Below are positions 1 through 12,952 of a DNA stretch of 64,000 bases, one piece after another. The stretch covers positions 337,776,001 to 337,840,000 of the forward strand of contig OZ024740.1 in assembly GCA_964016885.1 (NCBI GenBank), read 5' to 3'. The position numbers and the translations under genes were made by a program. The stretch comes from Eledone cirrhosa. Lineage: Eukaryota. The stretch's first letter is position 1. Each line of letters begins with the position of its first letter. Under the pieces are notes generated by a model. It searched no databases and had not been told where the DNA came from. It saw nothing but the letters and a program-made list of their open reading frames with translations.

Positions 1-690
1 TAGGAACAGGTTTAATCTGCAGCTAAACAACAAGAGTCACAAGAATTTTTATTTATGCTAATGATTTTTCATTTCATTTTTTATGCAATTTTTATTGATA
101 AAACATAATTTTGGCCAATTACATTATGTTAGTCCTCCACCTCACTTAACTGTATTTATTTTATTATAATGTATGTGGCTGAGTATTACACATACATATG
201 TGCCTTTAACATATAAGGCAAACTGGAGAGATGCTGTGCTGAAAAGGACACATCCAACCTATTCAAGCATAGAAAAGCAGACTTAGATGATGATACTGAT
301 ACACACACACACACACACATATATATATATTTATTGATATGGCAATGGGTAAAGACCCTCTTCGGTCATGAATGACCATGAGATTTTCATCTAGGAGGTT
401 CCCCCTCCGAGGCACAAATTCAGGCAAGATTGTTTATGGAAGACCAGCAGTCTCCCATGCATACCAGTCTCCCCTCTCTATGACAGCTTGGCACTAGTGA
501 CATTGCAGCTCATTTCTACAGCTGAGTAAACTGGAGCAATGTGAAGGACACAATGCATCTCCTGCTCTTTGAATCAAACTCACAACCTCACAATTACAAG
601 CCCAACTTTCTAACAACTAAGCCATGTTCCTTCACTTATATATATATATATTCCTCAATCTTTCTATTTCTTCTTTAATTTTTCATTCTC

Positions 691-726
691 TCTTCTGATG
701 AAGGACTATCATCTGAAATGTTAAGA
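691..726 (+). ncRNA. Degenerate minimal type I hammerhead ribozyme motif
   Basis: tctt CTGATGA aggactatcatct GAAA tg tt aaga. Stem I is tctt/aaga; stems II and III are decayed. Lies between TA tracts at ~638 and ~840. Confidence 0.45.
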
Positions 727-1279
727 CATTCTTCCTGCTATTTCAAGCATTAAACTAATATATTCCTTCCGTTTACTGTGCTATTTGTTTTGTTAGTTTG
801 TTATTTATGTTTACCATCTACACACACACACACACATATATATATATACTTATATATAAGATGAGCTTATACACAGATTTTGTTTACCAAATTTCAGTAA
901 CAAAACTATGATTGACCTTAGGCTCTAGTAGAAGCCTGTGAGGTGTCACATAGTGATGTTTAACTGGGAAGCACATGCTTACAAAGTGAATTTAATCACA
1001 TAGCATAGTTGAAGTTAATTAAGTAAAGAGGATCAACTGCTGAAACGTTGAACCTAAAATATCCCTGTCATTATCATTAACCTACCAGCCCTTTAAGGAA
1101 AGCTGTACTACCTTATCTCTATACCCCTTGCCTTATTCACGTCACCTCTACCTACTACTCTACACTAATTTTGACATGAGACAAGACATAGCTTGCAGCA
1201 GACTAATGCATTCAGCTCTGATTGCAACAAAACTGCATGTTAGTCAGAAACAACAATGAAGTAACGGAAATGCATCATT

Positions 1280-2522
1280 GATAGTGGTGGTTTGATGGTG
1301 GTAGTGTGATGGTGATGCTGTTGGCAGTGATGATGTTGTTAGCGATGATGTGATTGGTGTTGCTGGTAATGCTTTTGGATTTGATGCTATTCGTGCTGCT
1401 GTAGTTGAGCCCAAGGTCTATTTTCATTGAACAGATCTATGATCAAAGCTATTCTAACAGCCACCACACTGTCTTTCTCCTTTATGTGGGGAACTTAATT
1501 TCACATTTTCTAAGACAGGGGGGATTATATTGATACCCCCCCCCCCTTCTTCTTGGCTTCATTTCTCCCTCGTAGTATTGGTTGTAGTAATGGCAGTGGT
1601 GATGATGATGGGGTTGGTGAAATTGTTAGTGATGATGGTGATGGTAGTAGTGTTGGTAATTTTGATGTTAATGATTGTTGTGGCACTAAAGGTATTATGG
1701 TGTTGGCAGTGGCTGTGTTGCTGTTGGAGGTATGTGATGGTGTTGGTGTTAGTGTTAGTGCCAGTAATACTTATGTTGTTGGTGGTGGTTATGCTGGTGG
1801 TGGTGATAGGGGTGTAGGTATTGGTGGTGATGGTTGTGTTGGTTTTGTTGTTGGTTGTGGTGGTGTTGGTGATGGTAATGGTGTTGGCAGTGATTGTGTT
1901 GTAGTTATTGTTGTTGCTGAAGGTGGTGGTATTAGTATCAGTGTTGGTGGAGCTATTGGTAGTAGTAATGGTAATATTGAAGATAGTGGTGATTGTGATG
2001 GGCTGTGATGGTAGTGGTGGTGGTTGTGGTTGTGAACAAATCAAATAAACGTAGAACAAACAATCGATTTATTTGCAATCACATATTGGAGTTAATTTTA
2101 TTTCATGTCAGCCTCGGTTGGCTTCCCTCAATCTCAGTCATTATCATCACCATCATCATTATAATTACCATCACCACCATCATCTCCCTCATCATCATAA
2201 TTTATCATAATCACCATCATCACTCTCATTACATTACCACCATCCCCCTCATCATCATAATCATCATTATCACTATCATTACCATTACCACCATCCTCCT
2301 CATCACCATTATCACTATCTTTACCATTACCACCACCCTCCGCATCATCATAATCATCAACAATATCATTACTAGCAATATTGTCATTAACCACAATTAA
2401 CATCATCATCATCATTATAATTATCATCACTGTCTTCCCCTTCTTATCATCATAATCTTCATCATCTTTTCTTTCATAACCATCATCATCGTCCTTACAT
2501 TTCCTAATATCTTCAACATCAA

Positions 2523-2554
<32 letters not shown>

Positions 2555-2700
2555 TTGTTGTTGTTATCATAAACAATCTTCATTAATACTACCATTACCA
2601 TCATCATCATCATTGTTATCATTGTCAACATCACCCTCATCATTATCATCTCATCACCATCATCATTATCAACATTGTCACTGTCATGATGCTATGATGT
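1280..2700. repeat. Low-complexity trinucleotide region, (GGT/GAT/GTT)n then (CAT/CAC)n
   Basis: Degenerate triplet repeats are directly visible and account for the V/G/T/I/D-rich ORFs. Confidence 0.9.
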
Positions 2701-3119
2701 GATAACTGCAGTAAACTTGTAAAAGATTAGTAGCATGTCATTTCTGTCAGTAATTTTTCTAGAATGTTCCCTTAATTCCTTCCTGTTCTTGGACACCATT
2801 TACATCCGATTGCCTCTATTAAAACATATAAATACATGAAATATTGTGACATAGTTACATTGCTTCTTTCATTCTATAATTCTCTCTACAGTGTGTGTAA
2901 TAAGTCACATGATCTCTGCATCATTAGCATCCATAACCTGTTCAGCTTGTGCCATTAACCATTTTTATACCAAACCGCCTGAAACTGACCATGATTCTTT
3001 GATGCAAAAATATTTGTTTTAAAGTGTTTATGTTTATTTAAAAACCTCCCATCATAATTCTATGTAAGAATCATTGTTAAGTAATGTTCCAAATACTAGC
3101 TTATTAAGGATACTAATTT

Positions 3120-3552
3120 TAGCCCAAGGCCAGCAATTTAGAGGCAGGAAAAGTCAATGATATTGATTTCTACTGTAGGCACAAGGCCAACAATTTCGGG
3201 GGAAGGGAAAGTCGATTACATTGACCCCAGTGCTTTACTGGTGCTTTGTTTTATTTACCCTGTAAGGATGAAAAGCAAAGCTAGCCTCGGCAGGATTTGA
3301 ACTCAGAACGCAAAGGGCTGTAACTCTATGCCACAAAGCATGTTGTCTGGCGCTCAACCGATTAATGCCAATCCACCAAAAAGTCAATAATATTGATACC
3401 AGTACATTACTAGTACCTTATTTTATCAAACCTGAAAGAATGAAAGATAAAGTTGACTATATTGGGATTTGAACTCAGAATGTAGAAGGCATAACTAAAT
3501 ACTGCAAAGTGTTTTGTTTGATGCTCTAATGACACTGCCAATCCACTGCCCT
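3120..3552 (-). mobile_element. Cluster of SINE family A copies (tRNA-derived, ATT tail)
   Basis: Reverse complement of the family A consensus (ggatgaaaggcaaagttaacctcggcgggatttgaactcagaa...actgccaatccac) occurs twice, plus a partial copy. Confidence 0.85.
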
Positions 3553-3699
3553 CTACACCAGCTTTCTAATGAAAACGTTATTTATATTAATAAATTCATT
3601 AACATTATTGTTTGTTTTCTAAATTAATTAAAACTATGAGCAATGTTTTTCATTGGAATCATGTTAATGAAAGGGTTAACTATGTGATATTTTAAGTTG

Positions 3700-4205
3700 A
3701 GCATTTTGGTGTGTGATATTAGATGTGCTTGGAAGAGATTTTGGGAACTGAGTGGAGTGCTAATGAGAAGGAGTGTGTCATTGAAACTAAAGAGAAAGGT
3801 GTATGCTGTGTATGTGAAAAGAATGATAATTTATGGGAGCAAGACATGGGTGGTGAACATGGAGCATCAGAGAAGGCAGGAAAAGAATGGAAATTAGAAT
3901 GGTTTGGTGGATGAGTGAAGAAGATAAACAAAGGATGATGAGAATAGAGCCAGTGATGAATGTTGTAAAGAGAAATAGAATGGGATGGCTTAGCCATGTG
4001 TTGAGGAAGTGTGAAACTGAGAGGAATGAAGGAAGAAAAGGAAAATAAAGCCAAAAAAAGACATGGTTAAAGATGATGGAGGAGGAAATGAAAACCAGGG
4101 GATTAGTGAAGGGAATGTAGGCAATAAGGCAATATGGAGAAACTTGTCAATGGATCCACACAGCTAACCCCTACTTTAGCAGGGAAAATGGCCTGAAAAT
4201 GTTTG
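3700..4205 (+). pseudogene. RTE-clade LINE 3' fragment (post-RT region)
   Basis: IRCAWKRFWELSGVL...SLKLKRKVYAVYVKRMIIYGSKTW resembles the RTE C-terminal region; frame is broken. Confidence 0.65.
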
Positions 4206-4902
4206 TGTGTTGTTGGTGTGTGATATTAGCAGTGTGTGACATTAATTGTATCAATGGTCAGTATTGCAATTTGAGAATAGTCAATTAGTAGTATCTTTTT
4301 ACTGTTAGTCAGGGAGGGGAGGGCAGTATTCATGACACTTTTCAGGCCTTCCAAGACTCATATGCGAGAGGGAGAGAGGAGGTATAAGGTGTCCTTAAAC
4401 CAGAGATGTGATCTGAATGCTTGCTATAGTGTAATCTCCACCGAAATCATCTGATGGCCAGATAGAGGTGTTAAACAATGTCACAGATTAAGTCACCCAA
4501 CCAAGTAGACCCAAGTGGGATTTGAACTCAGAATGCATAGAACTAGAACATAAAACTTTTGCCAATTCTGGCTCTCTGCATTATGTGTTCAAATCCTGCT
4601 ATGGTCCTATTTGCCTTTCATCCTTCCAGGGTCAATAAATAAAATATCAATTCAATACTGGAGTTGATTCTTCCCCTATATTGCTTTCTCATTTCTCTCT
4701 AACACTATTTCTCTGGGAGAAATCGATTATGTTCTGACTTGGAGAGTGATGGGCTCTGCTAGGTTTAAAAGTGCCCCAGACACAAACTTCTACGACTACA
4801 CAAGGAGTTAATGATCCATGGTATGCATATATTAGCAGTATGACATTAGCTGTAGTCTTGTGAGATTGCTGATATTACAGTAGTGATGTATACTAAATTA
4901 CA

Positions 4903-5335
4903 GTATGTGTGTATGTGTGTGTATGTATGTATGTATGTATGTATGTATGTATGTATGTATGTATGTATGTATGTATGTATGTATGTATGTGTGTATGTGT
5001 GTGTGTGTATGTATGTATGTATGTATGTATGTATGTGTATGTGTGTATGTATGTATCTATGTATGTGTGTATGTGTGTGTGTGTATGTATGTATGTGTAT
5101 GTGTATGTATGTATGTGTGTATGTGTGTGTATGTATGTATGTGTGTGTATGTATGTATGTATGTGTGTATGTGTGTATGTGTGTGTATGTATGTATGTAT
5201 GTATGTATGTGTGTGTATGTATGTATGTATGTGTGTATGTGTGTGTGTATATGTATGTATGTGTATATGTATGTATGTATGCAAGTATGCATGCTTGTAT
5301 GTATGTATGTACGCATGTATGTATGCATGCATGCA
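4903..5335. repeat. (TATG)n/(TG)n compound microsatellite
   Basis: Directly visible. Confidence 0.97.
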
Positions 5336-5469
5336 TACTATAACTCCTGGTGGAGTCGTAGGGATGCCACAGTGACATGGCATTTCTTGGGCATTTTTAA
5401 AACCTGGTAGACCCTAACACTTCTCCAGGTTAACATAGATGATTTATTCCAGAGAAGGAGAGGGAGTGG

Positions 5470-5655
5470 TAGGGAGGAAGTGAGAAAGAGATATAGAGCA
5501 AGAATCGACTCCAGTACTGGTACTTTTTTATCAACTTCAAAAGGATGGAAGGCAAAATTAACCTCAGTGGGATTTGAAGTCAGTGCACAGAATTGAAACA
5601 AATACTTCAAAGCATTCTATCCAATCTTCTAATGACTCTGCTAATTCGGCACCTA
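5470..5655 (-). mobile_element. Diverged SINE family A copy
   Basis: ccagtactggtacttttttatc...aaggcaaaattaacctcagtgggatttgaag. Confidence 0.7.
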
Positions 5656-7344
5656 TATATTACAGAAGTGATGCATAAAAAATTGCAGTAGTGGTGTGAC
5701 AGTGCAGTATGTAACAGAAGTGGTGTGTCACAGTAATGGTATGTAAACATTAGCAATATGACGTTGCAGTGTTTCCCATTGCAGCGTGTGACATTAACTG
5801 TAATACAAAGGAATGCAGGTTTATGGTTAATCTTGCAATTGAAATATAAAGGATTACATTGTCTCCCTTTTTCACCAATCACTGACAGTGATTTAATCAC
5901 GGGGCTTTCAAAGTTACTTGAATGGGATGTGATGGGGAGGTAAAGATGTGAGGAAGTAGAGGTGGGAGTTGACGATGGAGAAGAATGGCGATGAAACAGA
6001 TTTAAACTAATGATGGGGAGATGTGGGTGTAGCAAAGATTATTCCAGTAAATCCAGAAATATAATCATTTTGTCATATTTTATTTCATGGGAAGTAAAAA
6101 AAAAGCGTATTTTTTTTATGAAAGCCAAGAATTGAAAAATATGAAGGCAGTGTGGTGTAGATGTTATGTGATGGCATTTCAGGTATAGTGTGTGGTATAG
6201 TAGTTGTCCGGTGAAATGTGGTATTGTAGTTATATGTAGTGTGATCTAGTGTCATATTGTTTAACCCCAAGGTAGCTCTGATTGAGCAGACTTATGAACA
6301 AAGACATTCCAGCTATGGTCATCCTGTATATTTTAATATATGCCATGAACACAGGACCACATTATTCAGCTTGTCCTTTTTTAAGAAGATAGCATTTGAT
6401 ATGAAGGTGATTTGGTTGTTATTTTGAAAGTTGAATGAACATGCAGAGGTGCACTCACTGGCTTATTGTGTTATGCAGTTGTTGGGATTGCTGTTGTGTG
6501 AGAATAATGTGGTAGTTGTTGTATAATGGCAATTAGTGCATTTTGCGATTTAGGTTTTGGTGTAGATGTGATGTGAATACAGTGTAAGATGTAGTGTTGT
6601 AATGTGACTGAGCTGTGCTACATAGTATAGTTGTGCTTGTTTTCTGATAGTTGTGTGATGTTACTATTGGATCATATATTCATGGGGCATAGCATTGTGG
6701 GGAAAACACTTGCTTCTTAATACTAAGAGCTTAATTTCATCCTCTGAAACCTAAAGAAAATGGCTTCAACCCAAAGACTCAGAATGACACAAGCTTGTGA
6801 AGGAATTTGGGTGACAGAAAAGATGCTGAAGCCATTTGGATAGATTGTACTTGTATAACCAAGTGGGTAGCTCATTATACAGTGTATATACATACACTAT
6901 ATACAAAGACATATCAGAAATATTAATGCAATGTATGTATGGATGTCTGCAGGGGCCTCGTTTACCTTAAAAATGTGAGGGAAACAAACCAATATTTGTT
7001 GATTCTTAAAGGAGCATATTAGTATTGTTTATGGTGCCTTTCCCGGACCCTATCACATAAGTAACATTTTATGCTAATTAAATTTTATATATTCAAATAA
7101 AGTTCAGATATAAAAAATAAAATAAGCTTAAAAAGAATTTATTATATCAAATATACAAAAAATAAAACAGACGTTTGAAAAAGTGTGTGTGTGTGGGGGG
7201 ACTTGTCCCCTGGTGTCCCCCTGAAACAAGGCCCTTGGATGTCTGAGTATATGTGTGTGTATGTAATGAGAACATGACAGAAGTAGATAGCCAGGAAAGA
7301 AAGAGAGACAAAGCAAGAGAGTATGTATGTGTATATATATATAT

Positions 7345-7566
7345 ATATCATCATCATCATCATCAACGTTTAACGTCCGTGTTCCACGCTTGCATGGGTT
7401 TGGACGGGGTTTTCCCACTTGAGGCAAGAGTGATTATCTTGCTCGCATAGGACTATCTGGCAGGTTTTCTACAGCTGGATGCCCTTCCTAACACCAACCA
7501 CATTTACAGTGTGGGGCTGGGAGGTTTTTACCGTGTTGCCTACACGGCCACATTTCAGCGTGGACT
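7345..7566 (-). mobile_element. SINE family B-related element with (GAT)n tail
   Basis: Near reverse complement of 23735-23960; shares ggttggtgttaggaagggcatccagctgtagaaa with family B. Confidence 0.8.
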
Positions 7567-7594
7567 ATGTATATATATATATATACACACATTT

Positions 7595-7735
7595 ATCTAA
7601 CCCTTATAGCTGAATCAATGGGACAATTAGAGAAGGAATTCCAAACCTGGAAGCATAGCTTGAAAGCAAAAGTTCTTAAAGTTAACTTGGCAAAGACTAA
7701 AGTCCTAGTAAGTAGAAAGGAAAACAAGGCAATAT
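7595..7735 (+). pseudogene. Short RTE-type RT fragment
   Basis: LTLIAESMGQLEKEFQTWKHSLKAKVLKVNLAKTKVLVS; paralogous to 21775-21900. Confidence 0.65.
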
Positions 7736-8149
7736 TTGCTTGTAATTTTTTCAAAATATTTATATCTGCGTCCAGCTTTGATATATCTCAGTTTCAAAAG
7801 ATCGACATAAGGAGAGAAATAGAAAATGTTTGCTTAAACTCTTAATCTATGCTAATAATAATAATAATATATATATATATATACATACATATATATATAT
7901 TGTGTGTGTCCTGTCTTTGTCTCTACCTGTTTTGTTACATCTCAATGTGTACTGAAATGAACTGTACCAAACTTAATATTCCTGAAACTGAAGTGATTTC
8001 CAGAGGGTCACTGAGGAGATGGGACTCTCTGCTTTTCCATTATTTTTTTTTCCATTAACTTTGTTCTGTGCACTCCACTGTTTTGAATTCATATTCTAAA
8101 GACTTCCCATTTAGCCATGCAGGCTTCTTTGGAAACTACTGTATATATA

Positions 8150-8846
8150 TATATGTAAGTATGTATAGGTACATACATATATGTATACAGACGTACAATA
8201 GTATGTATATACATACATACATGCACACATATATATATATGTACATATGGGTTTACCGAACATTTATTATAATGTTCGGTTTGTTTGTAAACAAACAGCA
8301 CAAATTAAGCCGTACAGTGTTCGGCAAGTATCGTTGCCCTTTTGTTCAACACTGACAAAGGAACGATGAACTAGTTTCTAGCTTATTAGCTGTTATCAGC
8401 ACCGTATACCTTCCTGTCAGTCTATTGAACGTTTGAAAGTATATACTTTCCTTATGCATATTAACGGCTGAGCAGCCTAATTTGCATATCGAGTGAGTTA
8501 GTCGGCCGGGCGTACTGAAAACGATAAATGGAAAAAATGAAATTTCATTTCTCACTCTTAGTACGGATGATACTTAAATGTAAGTATGTATACGTACATA
8601 CATATATGTATACAGACGTACAATAGTATGTATATACATACATGCACACATATATATATGTACATATAGGTTTACCGAACATTATAATAAATGTTTGGTA
8701 AACCCAAAACGTACATATATATATGTGTGCATGTATGTATATTCATACTATTGTACGTCTGTATACATATATGTATGTACGTATACATACTTACATTTAA
8801 GTATCAGCCGTACTAAGAGTGAGAAATGAAATTTCATTTTTTCCAC
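8150..8846. mobile_element. TA-bounded PLE-like mini-element with partial tandem duplication and a 320-bp palindrome (8528-8846)
   Basis: 8155-8275 is repeated at 8580-8690. The arms tggaaaaaatgaaatttcatttctcactcttagtacgg / ccgtactaagagtgagaaatgaaatttcattttttcca are inverted. Homologous to 31620-31945 in opposite orientation. Confidence 0.7.
8363..8405 (-). ncRNA. Minimal hammerhead motif, core G8->A
   Basis: Minus strand: acggtg CTGATAA cagctaataagcta GAAA ctag TT catcgt. Confidence 0.55.
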
Positions 8847-8869
8847 TATATATATATATATATATATAT

Positions 8870-9146
8870 ACGATATTAATAAATGGAAACTATATTTATA
8901 AAACCATATTTATTTCATTATATATATTTCAAGGATACCAAGTTACATTATGGTATGCCTTCATCAGACAAAATACAATATATAACAGTTTTATAAATAG
9001 ACATTGACGTACCCCTTTAAAAATTGACCGTTGTTTTTGGAGGCCGTCAGGATATATCGTATATCTACTCCAAATATTTGTCGAGTGCTTTATATCAGTT
9101 ATAAAAATATTTGCTTGTTGTATCCCAACAATTTAAATAAAACTTT

Positions 9147-9150
<4 letters not shown>
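8870..9150. mobile_element. TA-bounded PLE-like mini-element, family P1 (inverted pLTR piece joined to 3' end)
   Basis: Shares sequence with 15975-16250 and 34300-34772. Confidence 0.7.
8913..8973 (-). ncRNA. Type I minimal hammerhead ribozyme
   Basis: Minus strand: ttttgt CTGATGA aggcatacca-taatgtaact-tggtatcctt GAAA tatata TA atgaaa. Stem III is palindromic. Confidence 0.8.
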
Positions 9151-9191
<41 letters not shown>

Positions 9192-9267
9192 CAAAGGAAT
9201 TGTGGTAAGGAACCAAATGGACCATAACACACCAGAGTACTCAATACTTAGGGTAATAAAGTGGGAA

Positions 9268-9356
9268 ATAGGAAAGAGTATGACCCCAACGGCAGAGCTC
9301 AAGCCGTTTCGATGGCTAAACGGCTTGAGCTCTGCCGTCGGGGTCATACTTTTTCC

Positions 9357-9360
<4 letters not shown>
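9268..9360. repeat. TA-bounded fold-back containing the 3' half of a hammerhead (GAAA-stem III-GUC)
   Basis: taggaaagagtatgaccccaacggcagagctcaagccgttt...aaacggcttgagctctgccgtcggggtcatactttttccta; related copy at 30930-30982. Confidence 0.7.
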
Positions 9361-9389
<29 letters not shown>

Positions 9390-9725
9390 TCAGTATAACA
9401 AATTCTTTTTCAATCCCTGGCCACACGCTCGATGTGCTCGGTTGATCTCAGTATAAAGAATTTTTCGTTACAACCAATTATTTTTTATATTTCGTTATAA
9501 TGGAATTTTACTGTGTGTATATATATATATTCGGGTTTGAAGGTTCACCACTGGATAGAGCTGGTCAATTCCGTATGGTCAATCTTAATGTAATAATATG
9601 GAGAGTATTCAACGTAAAGCAGTTCAACCGTCTTCGTTTTTGTAGTTGGTGGTGCTAGTACGGAGTTAAATATTATAATAAAATGACAGGATGCTGGACT
9701 TGTGTAAATTCTTGAAAGGTTTATT

Positions 9726-9783
9726 ATACTATGATCATTTCAATGACCGGGTTCCGTATGAATCCGGTGATATCATCAGGTAT
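9726..9783 (-). ncRNA. Type I minimal hammerhead ribozyme
   Basis: Minus strand: atac CTGATGA tatcaccggattc-atacg-gaacccggtcatt GAAA tgatca TA gtat. Stem III is the palindrome ATGATCAT. Confidence 0.75.
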
Positions 9784-10414
9784 TGGAAATACAATAAATG
9801 AATGTAATAGGTAAAATCCATGGGGCTGAAAATCAAAGACAGGAGGATGACCGACCATCTAGCATCTTCCACTTTAGCCGGTCGCCCTCAAGTGTTGGCT
9901 ATTCGGTCTACTTGAGGCCATCTGGTGAGGGGGGGGGGGTAAAGCTTTTAGTGTGCTACTACTCTCCCGGTCAAATAGAAAGGGAGAGAAAGATAAGTCA
10001 GCGTTAATATCATGCTACACGAAAAAAGACAGAAAAAAGGGGGAAGAAAAGGAAGAAGAAGAAAAGTCAGCGTTAATGTTGAGCTACAAGAAGAATACAA
10101 GAGCCATAGAAATATGTATTGCATATTTATGCAACATTAAAGGAATATACTGGAATCCCGCCTTCTTTTCCACACACACATGATAAAGTTAGATCTGCAC
10201 ACATTTATATATACACATTTATATACACACACATTTATACATGTGTGTATGTATTCTGGGTTCAATCAGGGGATAAATAAGGTACTCAATACATATGTGT
10301 ATATATATATATATATATCATCATCATCATCAACATCATCATTTGACGTCCGCTTTTCATATATATATATATATATAATATAAGATCAAAAGATGGTTAA
10401 AGGAGTTCCATATA

Positions 10415-10481
10415 TTTTATTATGCGCATTTCAAAAACAAACATCATCAAGCAATAATATTTGTGTTTTCATCAGATAAAA
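10415..10481 (-). ncRNA. Type I minimal hammerhead ribozyme (left arm)
   Basis: Minus strand: ttttat CTGATGA aaacacaaatatt...gatgtttgttttt GAAA tgcgca TA ataaaa. Confidence 0.85.
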
Positions 10482-10892
10482 CAGGAGAACATGATATGAA
10501 GGCTAAAAAAACACTTGTGGATAGTGCAGTTTTAAATCAACATATGAAAAATGGTTTTAGATTGATGTGTGATATTGGGAAAAATATTTTATTTAGAGAG
10601 GGGGGGGGGAGGATGAAAGGGGAGGAGATGAGAGGGAGAGATGGGTGATAGAGAGAAAGAGATAGTTTTTATAACTGAGAGGAGATATATTTTTTACATA
10701 GAGAGGTTGAAAACCGTTGGAAGATACTGTATAAATTAAAAATTTTGAAAATTAACGAAGGGAGGATATGTGCGAGGAAAAATATTTTATTTAGGGAGGG
10801 GGGGGGGGTGGAAAGGATGAAAAAAAAAATCACTCATTAATAATCACTCATTAATAATCACTCATTAATAATCACTCATTAATAATCTCTCT

Positions 10893-11324
10893 AATTGCAA
10901 CTGCCGCATTAAAAATAAATGTCCTCTCAACAACCATTGCCTCGATAAAAACTTAATTTATGAATGTAAAATTATAACTAGCACCAATTCCTTCACCTAT
11001 TTTGGCTCCACTTCCACCTCTTTTAAAGCTCGTCTCTATAATCATCATTCATCTTTCAAATACAAACTTAAAAGAACTAACACTGCTCTCTCAGAACTCA
11101 TATGGTCCTTAAAAGACAAAAACATTAAATATACCATCTTTTGGAAGAAGATTTCTTCTGCATCCTCATACTTGAACAGCTCTCTATCTAAAATCTGTAA
11201 TCTCTGCCTAAATGAAAAATTAACCATTATCTCTAACCTAGATTCTATAATAAATAGACGCTCAGATTTGTTTTCTATCTGCCTGCATAAATTCCATAGA
11301 ACTTTTCACAAAGTATACAGTTAA
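10893..11324 (+). CDS. GIY-YIG endonuclease C-terminal part of a Naiad-type PLE ORF (5'-truncated, no ATG, uninterrupted frame)
   Basis: Manual translation: NCNCRIKNKCPLNNHCLDKNLIYECKII...TYFGSTSTSFKARLYNHHSSF...TALSELIWSLK...ICNLCLNEKLTII...INRRSDLFSICLHK...*. Confidence 0.85.
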   Translation, partial: NCNCRIKNKCPLNNHCLDKNLIYECKIITSTNSFTYFGSTSTSFKARLYNHHSSFKYKLKRTNTALSELIWSLKDKNIKYTIFWKKISSASSYLNSSLSKICNLCLNEKLTIISNLDSIINRRSDLFSICLHKFHRTFHKVYS

Positions 11325-12318
11325 TATTCAATTCTTTATCAATTTAGAATCTTTTCTCAAAGGCACATATACATACACCTCTTTAAAATATACCCATCTA
11401 CCTTACTTTAAAGGGCATTATACACTCTATAATACTCGTTTACTCATTACCCTCATTCTATCTTCTCGTAAAATCATAGCATTTGTTTTTGTCATTTGAA
11501 TATTCATCCGCAATCATTATTATTTTTTCTCTCTATCATAAATCTTTTTAATCTCAATTTCATCCTTAATTTATTATTATTTTTTTCTCCCCATCAACGA
11601 ACTCATTATTAATACATATTAACTCTTTATTCGCACATATCATATACAAACTTTAACTTCACATTATTTTTCTCAAATCCTTCTACACACATACCTTAAC
11701 AATTTTTCTCTTCGCTAATTTTGAAATTGCCACAATACATACATTTCTTCTTTTGACGTTAGAATATTCACCCACAATTATTATTTTTTTCTCTCTATCT
11801 TCATACATAATTTCCCTTCGTTAATTTTCAAATTCCTTTAATTTATACATTATCTTCCAACGGTTCCCAACCTCTCTATATTAAAACAATATATCTTTTT
11901 CTCAGTTATAAAAACTATCTCTTTCTCTCTATCACCCATCTCTCCCTCTCCACCTTCACTCTCATCTCCCCCCCCCCCTTTTTTCATCCTTTCCACCCCC
12001 CCCTCCCTAAATAAAATATTTTTCCTCGCACATATCCTCCCTTCGTTAATTTTCAAAATTTTTAATTTATACAGTATCTTCCAACGGTTTTCAACCTCTC
12101 TATGTAAAAAATATATCTCCTCTCAGTTATAAAAACTATCTCTTTCTCTCTATCACCCATCTCTCCCTCTCATCTCCTCCCCTTTCATCCTCCCCCCCCC
12201 TCTCTAAATAAAATATTTTTCCCAATATCACACATCAATCTAAAACCATTTTTCATATGTTGATTTAAAACTGCACTATCCACAAGTGTTTTTTTAGCCT
12301 TCATATCATGTTCTCCTG

Positions 12319-12385
12319 TTTTATCTGATGAAAACACAAATATTATTGCATGATGATGTTTGTTTTTGAAATGCGCATAATAAAA
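12319..12385 (+). ncRNA. Type I minimal hammerhead ribozyme (3' pLTR)
   Basis: ttttat CTGATGA aaacacaaatattattgcatgatgatgtttgttttt GAAA tgcgca TA ataaaa. Stem III is the palindrome ATGCGCAT. Confidence 0.85.
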
Positions 12386-12508
12386 TATATGGAACTCCTT
12401 TAACCATCTTTTGATCTTATATTATGCATACTCCAGTCCCACAAACTGTAGAGTGCTTCTTATCCGATATCTGCATTGCTTTATTGTACTACAATAAAAC
12501 TCACCTCC

Positions 12509-12598
<90 letters not shown>

Positions 12599-12605
12599 TA
12601 CATAA

Positions 12606-12656
12606 GCATCTGACGAAGTCACATGAATAACCATGTAACAGAAATATATATAATGT
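12606..12656 (+). ncRNA. Type I minimal hammerhead ribozyme
   Basis: gcat CTGACGA agtcacatg-aataac-catgtaaca GAAA tatata TA atgt; begins ~10 bp after a long (TA)n. Confidence 0.75.
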
Positions 12657-12716
12657 AATAAACAATTATGGTGATTTAATCCTGTCTTAACTACCATTAT
12701 TTGATATACATATTCG

Positions 12717-12908
12717 GGCGGTGGATTGGCAGTATCGGTAGAGGGTCGGACGCTATGCTTTGACGTATAGAGTTACGGCCCTTGCCATTCTGAGTTCAAA
12801 TCCCGCCGAGGTTAACTTTGCCTTTCATCCTTACGGGGTCGATAAAATAAAGTACCAGTAATGCTCTGGGTAATTTCTGGCCTTGTGCCAAACGTAGAAA
12901 CAATTATT
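12717..12908 (+). mobile_element. Full-length SINE family A
   Basis: A box tggcagtatcgg, B box gttcaaatcc, and tail ctggccttgtgccaaacgtagaaacaattatt. Confidence 0.9.
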
Positions 12909-12952
12909 TGATATACATATTATATATAGTATTGGTGCTCTGAAATAGTGAT

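Larger units (their letters stand above)
10378..12423 (+). mobile_element. 5'-truncated Naiad-type Penelope-like element with ~450-bp inverted terminal arms
   Basis: 10380-10828 is the near-perfect reverse complement of ~11978-12422. It has an internal GIY-YIG frame, a hammerhead in each arm, and (TA)n flanks. Confidence 0.85.

Noticed and set aside
1530-2649. Long V/G/T/I/D-rich ORFs on both strands
   Set aside because: Translations of degenerate trinucleotide repeats; no domain signal.
4846-5410. Multiple 100-175 aa ORFs
   Set aside because: (TATG)n microsatellite, which lacks stops in several frames.
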